Positions 51,101 to 59,116 of a DNA stretch of 64,000 nucleotides are shown here, piece after piece; position 1 is the stretch's first letter; the number at the start of each line of letters is the position of its first letter. The stretch comes from a virus (Duplodnaviria > Caudoviricetes). Position numbers and translations under genes: made by a program. Under the pieces are notes generated by a model that saw only the letters and a program-made list of their open reading frames with translations, ran no database searches and was not told where the DNA came from. Location of the stretch: IMG/VR virus record IMGVR_UViG_3300038679_000357, positions 64,001-128,000 of that record. The stretch is one strand, 5' to 3'.

Positions 51101-52225
51101 GGAAATCGTATATTCTCTTGCCTTTACAGTAACTCCACCAGTAAAAGTTACAGTTTTAGCCAATGCGTCAATGGAAAAGTCAGTATCAGTGTACTCCTTG
51201 CCGTTAACGTATATCTGCACCGCATCAGACTGATCCCATCCATCATTATTCCCATTTCGCAAGGAAATGTCATGAATATGTCCGACAACCTCTACATCAG
51301 ACACTGGATCTCCAACAATCGCAGACGTTACAATATGGTAGTGGAATGGTCCATTCCCATAAACTGCCACCGTAATTCCATTCCCGTCGTCATCAACCCA
51401 ATAAGTATGGTCATGCCCCTCAGACTCTGAGGTATGATCGCTATTTATGGCAGTAAACTCATATCTGGCGTCATACGACGAGGTAAGCACCATAGATCGA
51501 CGATCGACGTCAAGTCTAATAGGCTGCGGGTCATAATAGTTACTTCCTCCATGACGATGACCATGCAATATGTATCTGGCGAAATCTTTAATTGGAGCGT
51601 CCATGTCGCCGAGGTAAGCCACAGATGATGTGTCTACAAACGAAACAGTACCGGACCTAGTTATAACAAGACCGATTAGAACGCGACCAGAAGAAGAAGC
51701 CTGTCTAAGAGATGACGCATAGGAGAATGCAACAGCGGAATGAGACGGATTCAAAGTAGATGAAGTCTCTGGTACTGGATTTTCATTATCCGGAAGGAGA
51801 AATGGGACTTCTTGGATGTAGTTGGAGTTTCGATAAGCATAAAGATAACACTCCGAATCATTCGGAAGTGTAACTGACGCAGAAACAAGAATTTTGTCGT
51901 AGACCACCCCAGACGGAGATGTGTAATACGACGCTTCGATAATAACATCTCCAGGAAGAACAGACGTGTGGGGGATGATATTCCATCCTGATTCAGAGAA
52001 ATACCCATTAATTATACCTGTTCCTTGACCGATGGAAACTGATAAACCTGTTGTTGGAACTGGAATCCACCCAGAGATGACACCAACTCCTATAATACCT
52101 ACATAAGAAGACAAATGACGGTCAACAGTAATAAACCGTTCATAATCGGCGCGGGCGCTGTAGAGATGCCCAGCTCCGAAAAACGGCATCCTGTAGTGGT
52201 TCGTATAGAATGAATTGTATGCCAT
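45176..52225 (-). CDS. Giant virion-like (baseplate/fibre) protein with Asp-box repeats, HxH modules, poly-Ser and DGG tail
   Basis: 2349 aa; SSDYGKTW, SDDKGVSW, SFDNGDTW Asp-boxes; repeated HxH; Ser tract then three DGG motifs. Confidence 0.7.
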   Translation of the reverse strand: MAYNSFYTNHYRMPFFGAGHLYSARADYERFITVDRHLSSYVGIIGVGVISGWIPVPTTGLSVSIGQGTGIINGYFSESGWNIIPHTSVLPGDVIIEASYYTSPSGVVYDKILVSASVTLPNDSECYLYAYRNSNYIQEVPFLLPDNENPVPETSSTLNPSHSAVAFSYASSLRQASSSGRVLIGLVITRSGTVSFVDTSSVAYLGDMDAPIKDFARYILHGHRHGGSNYYDPQPIRLDVDRRSMVLTSSYDARYEFTAINSDHTSESEGHDHTYWVDDDGNGITVAVYGNGPFHYHIVTSAIVGDPVSDVEVVGHIHDISLRNGNNDGWDQSDAVQIYVNGKEYTDTDFSIDALAKTVTFTGGVTVKAREYTISSGDWVFTSEEGSLYRFMLRAAIAYYTAYPDSTNIILPDVATPVSELKTQAMVGEYRLVHEGDTFKFVLPAASDIVVTLSSEAHVDVVEVEVLTNSEVQGRLPQDNILYIPASKIAAGKFDPERIPVIDHMGRFAEIAEPIPSLLQSYDGMIYQIPSSGMATDARSVYHVCDDGLGNVLVSTSDGLWMIPSGGAYLFSVNGVQVKTNPGDIYSALSEAVTTYGRETGIAVDINSAYSKQIAEATMMVSAPGDTYLFVGLRNPAVPGGVDRILLRYVSTYKLTKYGYTAIRTASDIKPGEVVVAEIPQEKEEGSEEEPETFYRVVNDFSRYAVKDISLQRNVPSGYASSANRYFAVSSSGVFWSDDADVKWESIDESSISGYVYAMKRAPSGLAALSSDSGFYVSLHGSARGFRKVARPVSGKRSSFIEILPNGMIVAFSDEYSSISSDYGKTWVSTILPSKVVSVSIDRSLDATSIVSGHSHSISVDGDLNGWTSHDAGHSHDVVGGVIQEYLGHSHEFDRTITVFCSNGSVARSVNAVSWAALTTVEKPRSSWTTVFAAFGKLYVSTVDIVSVFSLGVWSDSRSFPPMAVSSTPSYDGFSVHVGYDNSFGSFDGSEYTQTMLFGVGQPSSFTVDYIPSRINTYVSYPGSSVDFGGDIHLGSNVYGVYDRSSYRPEQGGWKDGIGYDLYIADRLVLSTRSGIDRRTGYVEVDNAGYIIFSVSGKTASDLQVGDTTLTVELSLLSNLPASGRLRLMWVDGTITKTVFLSYSSKSNSSVTLDEMSAYYVPSQADVDLVPQVMSSDDVRITVYDGKLTNVGVLVHEEVEDALSTKNTGLGWRMSDVYLANLMHLSVAADYMFPGVASNFIDTFLTRFNYNDIPGDPMNIDRYIDRNAGDMASLAIYDVDGPRAGSSRLSTILPGFGIFSNMCFSASDSGLYVLDFVSLESNWIRVPEFEKVYDVLQFDATTLYVASSTGLYKTTDVNLVLWSEVSVNSVGGIPTVIAARWGAIRSDDGTSYWWNKWDGVVNPSNPSFVNTLIVSGDGFLSYSDDKGVSWLKGSLYSTSDKLSDMTVVSYGLLMNGSIAACAKSADGNRSGVYVCTGTGNRWNELFSSVSLTGNILSMSITDALNVSVAVDFNLGPPPDGSLVGRMMAVGGSEARVVSNSGSTIVVFGESMMSSSGGTFTVLPYRMNCIREDRQRRIHVGTSDGLKWDSGGTFSYDRRRDGRISAIGNAAVIESVGISGVVEYVVPSPGLSSSYRLSAKLSKAVVVNEVVEWKISFIASIPPLTVVSNSASKPDGTVDMVVSGDASSAVNGYGFRLSGSGIRLYVDYVGTMQPSLLNGGSLVVEPQESEYGLPRSDIAVYKIVKNTANFIELSSEVVAPEGYDTISTLRVGATVYCTNSVGNIPIVVDFDSQRQVNELSGNQLSFNGVDSIPDGGKLQIVSNDETIISVRESYEAIGVDGELTSYSVFNTLYSGIDFSLSIVPLSSIPSFSNVFSSWNNGHRHQVTPISGPIIGDITAIPSSTSFEVELLLSGAWQLVDPWLSSETDLFTGFWLTAYDPKQPLVRYRLRVVRHSSSSIFVAREDGKIDISGNDGNKVGVGFRIHLSTVGFGKTVAMEYDSKFISSNSLLSYDALKGANELELVSVFGVVVGCKLEVVSNRTSFLSEVVSVSGSIVGLSSPLPCDFTIDNGSYARAYYFEYEAGSTTVTSGIAYGDTLVGVSDSSMASSGDVMKIDCTDGLSYKFDVLAVFPGIIQVPPSTQVISAPSVSNVVFIRKNAEWSHTHSIKAGEFSIVSSESRDAVGDSLTHGHYLSPLIEEVNGIGFVGGMEYAVGSGHRIYSSFDNGDTWTEAIDLEDSKQYNPLPSYLGGVYVLSSSEVAFSTSSGYYVYQSDKYSRQIGSSSVSSSLSSSSSSLSSSSSFSSSSSSSSNSEEPWDILDGGLPTSVLEDVFDGGFPDTVIWDIEIDGGNP
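45296..45389 (-). repeat. Poly-serine coding tract
   Basis: GSSSVSSSLSSSSSSLSSSSSFSSSSSSSSNS, mixed TCN/AGY codons. Confidence 0.95.
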
Positions 52226-52287
52226 CCGATGGACCGTTTAGGATGCGACAAACCGCATAGGCTTGCGCAAAGTTGATGTCTTCCTTC

Positions 52288-52297
52288 ATTATACGAC
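52288..52297 (-). promoter_or_regulatory. Putative class II promoter -10 (GTCGTATAAT)
   Basis: Intergenic, 62 nt upstream of ATG 52225. Confidence 0.5.
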
Positions 52298-52318
52298 AAA
52301 TAGAGGCGGATGACCTAC

Positions 52319-52352
52319 GGGAAGCCCAATCAAAAGATCAATCAAACTTCCC
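52319..52352 (-). other. G-U-rich RNA hairpin at 3' end of the 52342-52764 gene
   Basis: Minus strand GGGAAGUUUGAUUGA-UCUU-UUGAUUGGGCUUCCC can form 15 bp only with G-U pairs; no U-tract follows. Confidence 0.45.
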
Positions 52353-52764
52353 TTACCTGCCAGAAATTCCACGGAAGAGGGGCGATACTTGCAGGATTAA
52401 AATCTTCCGAAAAATCATTAGCTGAGTATTTTGCCCTGATTCTAGCATATTCCGTCCATACATTGTCAGACCAATTTTCAAGGTCAGTTATCCTCGAAAG
52501 CCTGGTGACTGAACTTGATGAATCGGACTTCCAAGCAATGCACCTTTTTTGAAACTTGTCGTCAAAACCAGACTCTTCATCAATCCAATCATTGACAGTT
52601 GCGTACAGAATCTCAATCGCTGCACTCTTAGCATTCTGCTGTGCTTGCTCAAGGCTATCGGCAACCACCTGAATTAACTCTGAATTCAATCCTGATACTT
52701 TGTCGTCATTAGATAAAGAATCAACCAATGATAAATCAGACTTTTTCAAAATAAACATACTCAT
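52342..52764 (-). CDS. Hypothetical protein (possible fibre assembly chaperone)
   Basis: 140-aa acidic ORF with AGGAG SD directly downstream of a fibre gene; chaperone role is positional inference. Confidence 0.6.
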   Translation of the reverse strand: MSMFILKKSDLSLVDSLSNDDKVSGLNSELIQVVADSLEQAQQNAKSAAIEILYATVNDWIDEESGFDDKFQKRCIAWKSDSSSSVTRLSRITDLENWSDNVWTEYARIRAKYSANDFSEDFNPASIAPLPWNFWQVREV

Positions 52765-52789
52765 ACTTTATCTCCTACTAACTTTTTTG

Positions 52790-55700
52790 TTAAGCCAATA
52801 TCGACCCGCCAGTAGCTGTCAACTCATTAGCTGTAGTTCCAGTTGGTTGAGTGCTACTCTTTCCTATTGTAGATCCTTGCGTTGCGTATAGTCCATAAGT
52901 TGGATTCGTTCCAGTTGATGGATTTGATCCGGAAACCACCACGCAAGTATCTGCATATATTCCGCGATAAAGATTTGATACATAGTTGTTATTTATATTT
53001 GAATTACATCTATTGGCTCGGATACCAACATTCGTATTAGTCTTTGCAGCAGCAAGAATATAGTTTGCAGACACGGTTGCAACCATACCTAGCGACATAT
53101 AAACTCCAGAACAATCATTTACATTTGGGACTCTGATTTTTAAATTTCGAACAATAACAAAGCAGGCACATCGTTCAAACCAAAGCACGCCATTGGCTGC
53201 TCCAGCCCATGTATTAGCATCGATATATACCGCTTGAGTTGTATACGCGGCTGTTCCTTCAGTAGTATCACCCTGAAAGTATAAAAACCCTCCACTAAAA
53301 TCTCTGACAGCCACATTGGAATTCCAAGTGTGAGTACCATTAGCAAACTGGAATGTAAGTGAATAACCATCTAATTCATTTGGGCAATTTGATACTATAG
53401 TTTGAACTTGAGCAGCAGTCATAGATGTTGGTATATTAATCGTAACTCCGGCTCTCAATCTAATGAAACCACCATTTGTTCGTAAGAACGGGGATACAGA
53501 CCAGGACGGAACATCTCCTCCGCTAATTGACAATAATCCGGCTGTAGTTACTGAAAGCCCATAATTACATGCGGTACCAGTCCCTCTATTATCGTTGGAA
53601 TTTGCTAACGACCTATCGATATGGATTGCACGGTCCATATTGCTTAAATAGTTTCGTGATAGATCACCTGGTCCGACTGCAAAAAATCTTATTCCAAAAT
53701 TGGTGTTTGTTTTACCAGAACCTAAGATATAATTATCAGCAACAGTAATGTAACCTGAATGATTCGCAGCATATACCCCATTAGTGTTCGCTACATCTGG
53801 AACAGTTATCTTTAAATTTTTAAGATTAATTTGAACACTATTCCTAAGAAGTTGAATAACACCTGCTGTGCCACCAGTTCCACCCCACGATCCAGCATTC
53901 AAATGAACAGCTTGAGATGTGTATGGTCCACTTCCTTCTGAAATATTTCCTTGAATATTTAATGTTCCATTTGAAAAATTAATAAACTGTAATTGACCGT
54001 TCAATGTATATGCGCCATCGGAAAATTGAAAACTTACCGTAGATGACTTTAAGTCTCTTTGCTGTAAATTAATTGTATTCTGCATTATAGCAGCGGTCAT
54101 AGAGTTGTCAAAAGTAATAGTGTGGTTTGGCACGTTGTATATAGTCCCAGATCGACCGTCATACCCAACTGCAAACGGACAATAATAACCGTTTAAAAAC
54201 GTAGTCACATCGGTTATGCTAATTATTCCGCCATTAATAACATAATGACCATACAATGGCGCAGTTCCTGTACTTGAATTTGCGTTGCACCTTAATTGAG
54301 CACATGAACTAACGATACCATTTTTAACATTACTGACGTAATTCTCCGTGCAAGACCCCTTAGAGAACATCCAATACAATCCAGAACATTCAGTTGTATT
54401 ACCAACTCCAAGAGAATAGCAAAATGACACTTCACAATATAAAGTTCCATAAATAAATGCACCCATACAATTCAAAAGATCTGGATGCGTAAACTTCATC
54501 CACTTAACATAGCATAGGCAAGCGCAATTATTGACGTTTATATTTCTTACGCCCGCGCTCAGTCCAGACCCATTGAGATGAACCGCTTGATTGGTATGCA
54601 TTGTTGTCGCTTCGGAAGAATTACCCTGGATTATTAATGATCCACCATAAAAATCATCATAATTATGCCCAGAAGTAAGTGTATATGTTCCGTCGGCATA
54701 CTGGAATGTTAAAGTGTAAGAATTTAGATTTTTTGGCTGAGAGTTAATGATATCTTGAATCTGAGTATCAGACATTGAGTTGTCAAAATTTACAGTAATA
54801 TCTTCCGTCAACTTAACATCACCAACAACCGATCCAGAAAGCTCCTCAGTTACCTGAAGAAATGTTTTTGACACCCCTCCATATATCTTTGTTCCACCAG
54901 ATCTCCATCCTACAACATGTATGGTGTCTCCATAAACCAAGTCCAATGTTTTATCCAAGTTAACAAAAGAATTTCCAACAGATATGACAGCGCCAGATTC
55001 AATAACTGCGGTTGAAGTATTTTTGTATACGATCCCATACCCAGATGTCGTATCAAACATCAATTGCGCAACAATCCTATATTTTGCATCTTTCGGGCAA
55101 GTCCATATTCCGGTTGTATTATTATAAGCGGAGTCTATATCAATAGGCTCCGAGTCAAATATCACAGTTGTTTCAGTTTCATTGGAGATAGTTTGATCAG
55201 TTGACCGATAACCATCGACACGCAATATTTCACGACTGAAAGATCCGCCAGAATTCACCCCGTAGCCACGACAAATTAACTTACCAGAAGTGAAATCGGA
55301 AGAACTAAGAGAATATATCGTAACCGAAGCAATCGCGCTAGTGCTCTTCCAGAACCCACCAACCTTATAATTAACGACACCAGCATTTTCCGAGGTCGAA
55401 GATTCATAATCCTGACCATCACCAACATACGCTTTATAGTAAGACGTTTCCTTGAATGATGGAACTATTAACTTCAATGCCCCGCCATAGTTCGCTGATG
55501 CCGTCGACCCAGGGATAGCTCCTATAACCCCATACGACAAGCCAGCTCCATCATTGGATAAACCACCTTCAGTATTGTCAGCGGTGGCATACCGACCAAC
55601 TGAATCATAATTACTGCCAGTATCTCCATTGAATCTGATACCAATATAATCCTGATCAGCAGAAACGTCAGATCTTCCATAAATTAATATTTCTAAATCA

Positions 55701-56080
55701 TCTCCAGAGATATTATTCACAGGAATTGTTATCGAATTTACACCCGTTAAATCAGCTTCAAATTTCTGCTGAAAATTGAATCCAGACTCAGCAATCTGAG
55801 TCAATGCAGATTTTCGTATAAGCCCATCGCTAGTTTTTGAAGAATCGTAGTAATTATCTATGATGGACGGAATTTCAGTATCAACCCTCGACATTGCCGC
55901 TTGAAGATCGGCGTCAGACGCTAATATCCCAGTGAATGACGTGTTATCCACTGATATATCTTCGGCATTAGCGTTTGTCTCATCAAGAACCTTATTCCCA
56001 TCACGAGTCAATCCATCAACGTCGGACGATAATCCCTTACCGTTGACGTTGGCATCAAGAAAACCTACATGTTTTACCAT
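52790..56080 (-). CDS. Tail fibre / receptor-binding protein: C1q-like domain plus three beta-helix repeats
   Basis: IRFNGDTGSNY..WKSTSAIASVTI module, QTISNETETTVIFD..NTTGIWTCPKDAKY C1q-like, three (FD/IP)xSM..Q..I..P..L....TFQ(F/Y)ADG modules with parallel-beta-helix Asn/Gly/Cys ladders. Confidence 0.75.
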   Translation of the reverse strand: MVKHVGFLDANVNGKGLSSDVDGLTRDGNKVLDETNANAEDISVDNTSFTGILASDADLQAAMSRVDTEIPSIIDNYYDSSKTSDGLIRKSALTQIAESGFNFQQKFEADLTGVNSITIPVNNISGDDLEILIYGRSDVSADQDYIGIRFNGDTGSNYDSVGRYATADNTEGGLSNDGAGLSYGVIGAIPGSTASANYGGALKLIVPSFKETSYYKAYVGDGQDYESSTSENAGVVNYKVGGFWKSTSAIASVTIYSLSSSDFTSGKLICRGYGVNSGGSFSREILRVDGYRSTDQTISNETETTVIFDSEPIDIDSAYNNTTGIWTCPKDAKYRIVAQLMFDTTSGYGIVYKNTSTAVIESGAVISVGNSFVNLDKTLDLVYGDTIHVVGWRSGGTKIYGGVSKTFLQVTEELSGSVVGDVKLTEDITVNFDNSMSDTQIQDIINSQPKNLNSYTLTFQYADGTYTLTSGHNYDDFYGGSLIIQGNSSEATTMHTNQAVHLNGSGLSAGVRNINVNNCACLCYVKWMKFTHPDLLNCMGAFIYGTLYCEVSFCYSLGVGNTTECSGLYWMFSKGSCTENYVSNVKNGIVSSCAQLRCNANSSTGTAPLYGHYVINGGIISITDVTTFLNGYYCPFAVGYDGRSGTIYNVPNHTITFDNSMTAAIMQNTINLQQRDLKSSTVSFQFSDGAYTLNGQLQFINFSNGTLNIQGNISEGSGPYTSQAVHLNAGSWGGTGGTAGVIQLLRNSVQINLKNLKITVPDVANTNGVYAANHSGYITVADNYILGSGKTNTNFGIRFFAVGPGDLSRNYLSNMDRAIHIDRSLANSNDNRGTGTACNYGLSVTTAGLLSISGGDVPSWSVSPFLRTNGGFIRLRAGVTINIPTSMTAAQVQTIVSNCPNELDGYSLTFQFANGTHTWNSNVAVRDFSGGFLYFQGDTTEGTAAYTTQAVYIDANTWAGAANGVLWFERCACFVIVRNLKIRVPNVNDCSGVYMSLGMVATVSANYILAAAKTNTNVGIRANRCNSNINNNYVSNLYRGIYADTCVVVSGSNPSTGTNPTYGLYATQGSTIGKSSTQPTGTTANELTATGGSILA

Positions 56081-56111
56081 TGACTAACCCCGCATAAAAT
56101 CTAATAGAATC

Positions 56112-56137
56112 ATTCAAAAAACTATATTAAAAATCCT
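56112..56137 (-). promoter_or_regulatory. Putative SigH-type promoter (AGGA-N18-GAAT)
   Basis: Minus strand AGGAtttttaatatagttttttGAAT, 31 nt upstream of ATG 56080. Confidence 0.58.
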
Positions 56138-57681
56138 CGCAAAATAGCCGTCGCAGAATGTGTCGTGCTACCTCCCGCTACGGTAACAGTCATCTGAATC
56201 ACAGATCCAGATGAAATAACCGTAGAAAGAAGTGCTCCTGCATCCCATGTTTCACGCGCATTGGCTACATTCATTATTTCCGACAACTCTACTGGAGCAA
56301 GGATAAAATCAAGATCGTCACTAACACCCAACTCAATCGTAGGCATTGTTGATGCCCCGGAAATAGAATTTACGACAATATCAAAATATTCAATAACAAA
56401 CCTTCTCCCTGATGGTACGGTAAAAATTGTTGACGAAGCTGCTGACGTCAGTGATACTGAATCATTGTAAAACACTACAGTTTTCGAACTTAATGTATTA
56501 AGCGCCAATTGAACATTTGTATCAGCGGACGTTAACCCGGCGGTAAATAACGTTGTGTCGGTGTTGATCTGCGATGCAATTGGCGTAACTGGATTGGACC
56601 CAACAGAAGAGGTAGTATTGCGTCTCCAATCAACATATGTTCCACCCGTATCTGTCGAGACAATACGTGCTTTAACTGTATTTGAGTAAACTGTGCTGGT
56701 TTGAAATATAACCGTTCCGATGAATATGTATTCTTTAGCAGCTAAACCAGCCGTGTAAATACTAGTTATTTCATTTTTCGCCCCAATTCTAGCATTGGCG
56801 ATTGTTGTGTATTGAGATTGACCTTGAATAGCGTAAATCTGTCTTATTATATCATTCGTCGCAACAAGATGACATAAAACGAAATTCCCTTGTCCTACTT
56901 CAGTTTGCTGCCAGGTCGAACCAGTCCATTGATTATAAGCAAGACGACCGTTTCCTCCGACAAACGATTTTACAGGAAAGTTTGTAGCAGTATCAAGATT
57001 AACCACTCCAGATGCACCGCTGTAATATATAATAGGTATATTTGCTGGAGCAGATTTAGCAGAAATCGAAAGCTGAATATCTTCATCGTTGATTATACCA
57101 GATTGCACACCTAACTGAGCGTGCGTATCAAGACTACCACTTTGGTCTACGAGAATATCAGTTACGCCAAGACCAGACACATATAGCGTCCCGATGCCCT
57201 GATGTAATCGTAAATGAGTTACTCCATCCATAAGGCATGTATGTCGTTCATCCCCAATGACGATACTCTTATCGTTTATAGCGTCCCAAAAAATATTGGC
57301 AACATATACGTGCTTTAATATGAGATCATCAGAAAACGTCGTTGTCTCTGTCAAATTTCCAGTAGAATAATCAAAATATACAAAATGATACCCAGTTACA
57401 TCTGATATTTCTATTGACTGTGTACCTGTTTTCGTATATTTCACCCCCTTCATGTAAAACATAAAAGAGGAAGAAGTAGGAGAAATAGAAAAAATCCTCG
57501 TGCCATCAACAAACGAAATCGTCGTCTCAGGCACGAGGGGGAAACCAGTTGGATCATTGGTTGTTGTGGCAATGGCGAGAGGACCGTCCTGCCATGTGAC
57601 AGAGCCGTCACCAGAGGACGTTGGAACTCGACCGAGCACTTGCCCGGTCGATTGTAGCCATTTTACTTCCTGTTTTGCCAT
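56122..57681 (-). CDS. Fibre-associated virion protein
   Basis: 519 aa beta-rich; C-terminal module shared with 44622-45161. Confidence 0.65.
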   Translation of the reverse strand: MAKQEVKWLQSTGQVLGRVPTSSGDGSVTWQDGPLAIATTTNDPTGFPLVPETTISFVDGTRIFSISPTSSSFMFYMKGVKYTKTGTQSIEISDVTGYHFVYFDYSTGNLTETTTFSDDLILKHVYVANIFWDAINDKSIVIGDERHTCLMDGVTHLRLHQGIGTLYVSGLGVTDILVDQSGSLDTHAQLGVQSGIINDEDIQLSISAKSAPANIPIIYYSGASGVVNLDTATNFPVKSFVGGNGRLAYNQWTGSTWQQTEVGQGNFVLCHLVATNDIIRQIYAIQGQSQYTTIANARIGAKNEITSIYTAGLAAKEYIFIGTVIFQTSTVYSNTVKARIVSTDTGGTYVDWRRNTTSSVGSNPVTPIASQINTDTTLFTAGLTSADTNVQLALNTLSSKTVVFYNDSVSLTSAASSTIFTVPSGRRFVIEYFDIVVNSISGASTMPTIELGVSDDLDFILAPVELSEIMNVANARETWDAGALLSTVISSGSVIQMTVTVAGGSTTHSATAILRGFLI

Positions 57682-57714
57682 TACCTACCTATCCAATGAT
57701 TCTACAACCATTCA

Positions 57715-59091
57715 TTAGGGAGTAGAACTGCTGGAACTGCTAGAGCTACTTGAGCTACTAGAAGGAACTGCTGTGCCAGAATACAACACAGTCAATTTAT
57801 CTCCTTCCTCAAGCAATCCATCAAGACCAAGAGATGTCCACTTCAGCCTATCAGTAACTACACCGTCCATAGTATAGTCATCGCTGTAATATTGTGCAGG
57901 AGCACCTTTGACAAGAAGTATGACATCCTCAGCGGCAGACGGAACAATCGACAAGGTAATGTATTTATTAGAGATGTCGGTTGCCGTAAGAACAAACTGC
58001 TCAACAACCGTCCCAGTAAGTCCAGCGACCGCACTGTCGATGTAGTCCTTGTTTGCCGCATCTGTCGCAGCCAACGGAGTTCCAACCTTGATAGTACCAC
58101 TGGCTGTAGCAAAGTCATAAGTCTCAGATAGATCCAACTCAGTTGCGCCAACTCCGTCAGCCTTAATTCTGAGGCGACCACCGTTACCAGTATCACCTTC
58201 GATTGAAGTGTCATCTACTTTAACCGCAACGCCATTTGCAGAAACATTAATAGCGGTAGCGAGATTTGCACCACCAGTCGAATCAGCAACAACAGATACG
58301 ACATAGCTGGTAATATCAATACCATTTCCTTCGGTATACGGAACAGTCTGACTGAACTGAGTAAATACAATCGGATCGGTATCAACAGATATATCACCGG
58401 CTGCTACTACAACAAAACCACGACCAGCGTTGAAAGTGCCCTGCTCAACAAACGTAAAGTTTCCACCAGATACCTCACTGGACGGAGAACCATCAAAGTC
58501 AGTTGCACGGGTCAAAACGGTAGCGCCAACACCACCGACTGTCGTAACAGTATAAATACCATTATGAACGTTTGATCCGTCTACACCATTTTTGATCAAA
58601 ACGCGCATCGTCGTTGCATCAAGATCAACTCCGTCAATCGTGGTAAGACCAACAGCAGGAGCGGTAAGAGTTTTTCCTATGCCACTTCCAGAAGGTGTCC
58701 ATGCACCAAGGTCAGATACCGTTGCTACCCTAACCGACTTTTTAGGATCAAGACCTGCCGCAATACCATCAGCATACGCCTTGTTGACAAAATCACTTGC
58801 ATTAGTTGGAACAACTGAAGATTGCGGCAATGTTGTGGAGAATGTCCACAACTGGGTGATGGTCTCAGTTTGGTCCAATCTGGCAATATAAGCGCTATCA
58901 GCCAGTTTCGAAAAACTTATGCTTCCCGCCAACTGCCCGTCAGTAACGCCAAGTAGCTTAATATTCAAACCATCATTAGTCCTTTCGAGAGAGCCACCAG
59001 TCGAAACAACTTTTACTCGCAGCGCGCCAGACCCATTATCTTCCAACGACTGTGAATCTTTGTTGATCCATTTAGAGTTCATCAACGCCAT
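57715..59091 (-). CDS. Tail-fibre-like protein ending in poly-Ser
   Basis: DFVNKAYADGIAAGLDPKKSVRVAT, RVLIKNG..NGIYTV, LTRATDFD, DAANKDYID fibre motifs; 13 terminal Ser. Confidence 0.75.
   Translation of the reverse strand: MALMNSKWINKDSQSLEDNGSGALRVKVVSTGGSLERTNDGLNIKLLGVTDGQLAGSISFSKLADSAYIARLDQTETITQLWTFSTTLPQSSVVPTNASDFVNKAYADGIAAGLDPKKSVRVATVSDLGAWTPSGSGIGKTLTAPAVGLTTIDGVDLDATTMRVLIKNGVDGSNVHNGIYTVTTVGGVGATVLTRATDFDGSPSSEVSGGNFTFVEQGTFNAGRGFVVVAAGDISVDTDPIVFTQFSQTVPYTEGNGIDITSYVVSVVADSTGGANLATAINVSANGVAVKVDDTSIEGDTGNGGRLRIKADGVGATELDLSETYDFATASGTIKVGTPLAATDAANKDYIDSAVAGLTGTVVEQFVLTATDISNKYITLSIVPSAAEDVILLVKGAPAQYYSDDYTMDGVVTDRLKWTSLGLDGLLEEGDKLTVLYSGTAVPSSSSSSSSSSSSSTP
57724..57762 (-). 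repeat. Poly-serine coding tract (13 Ser)
   Basis: TCT AGT AGC TCA AGT AGC TCT AGC AGT TCC AGC AGT TCT, then TP-stop. Confidence 0.95.
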
Positions 59092-59116
59092 AATTTACCT
59101 CATCCTTGTTTTATTT

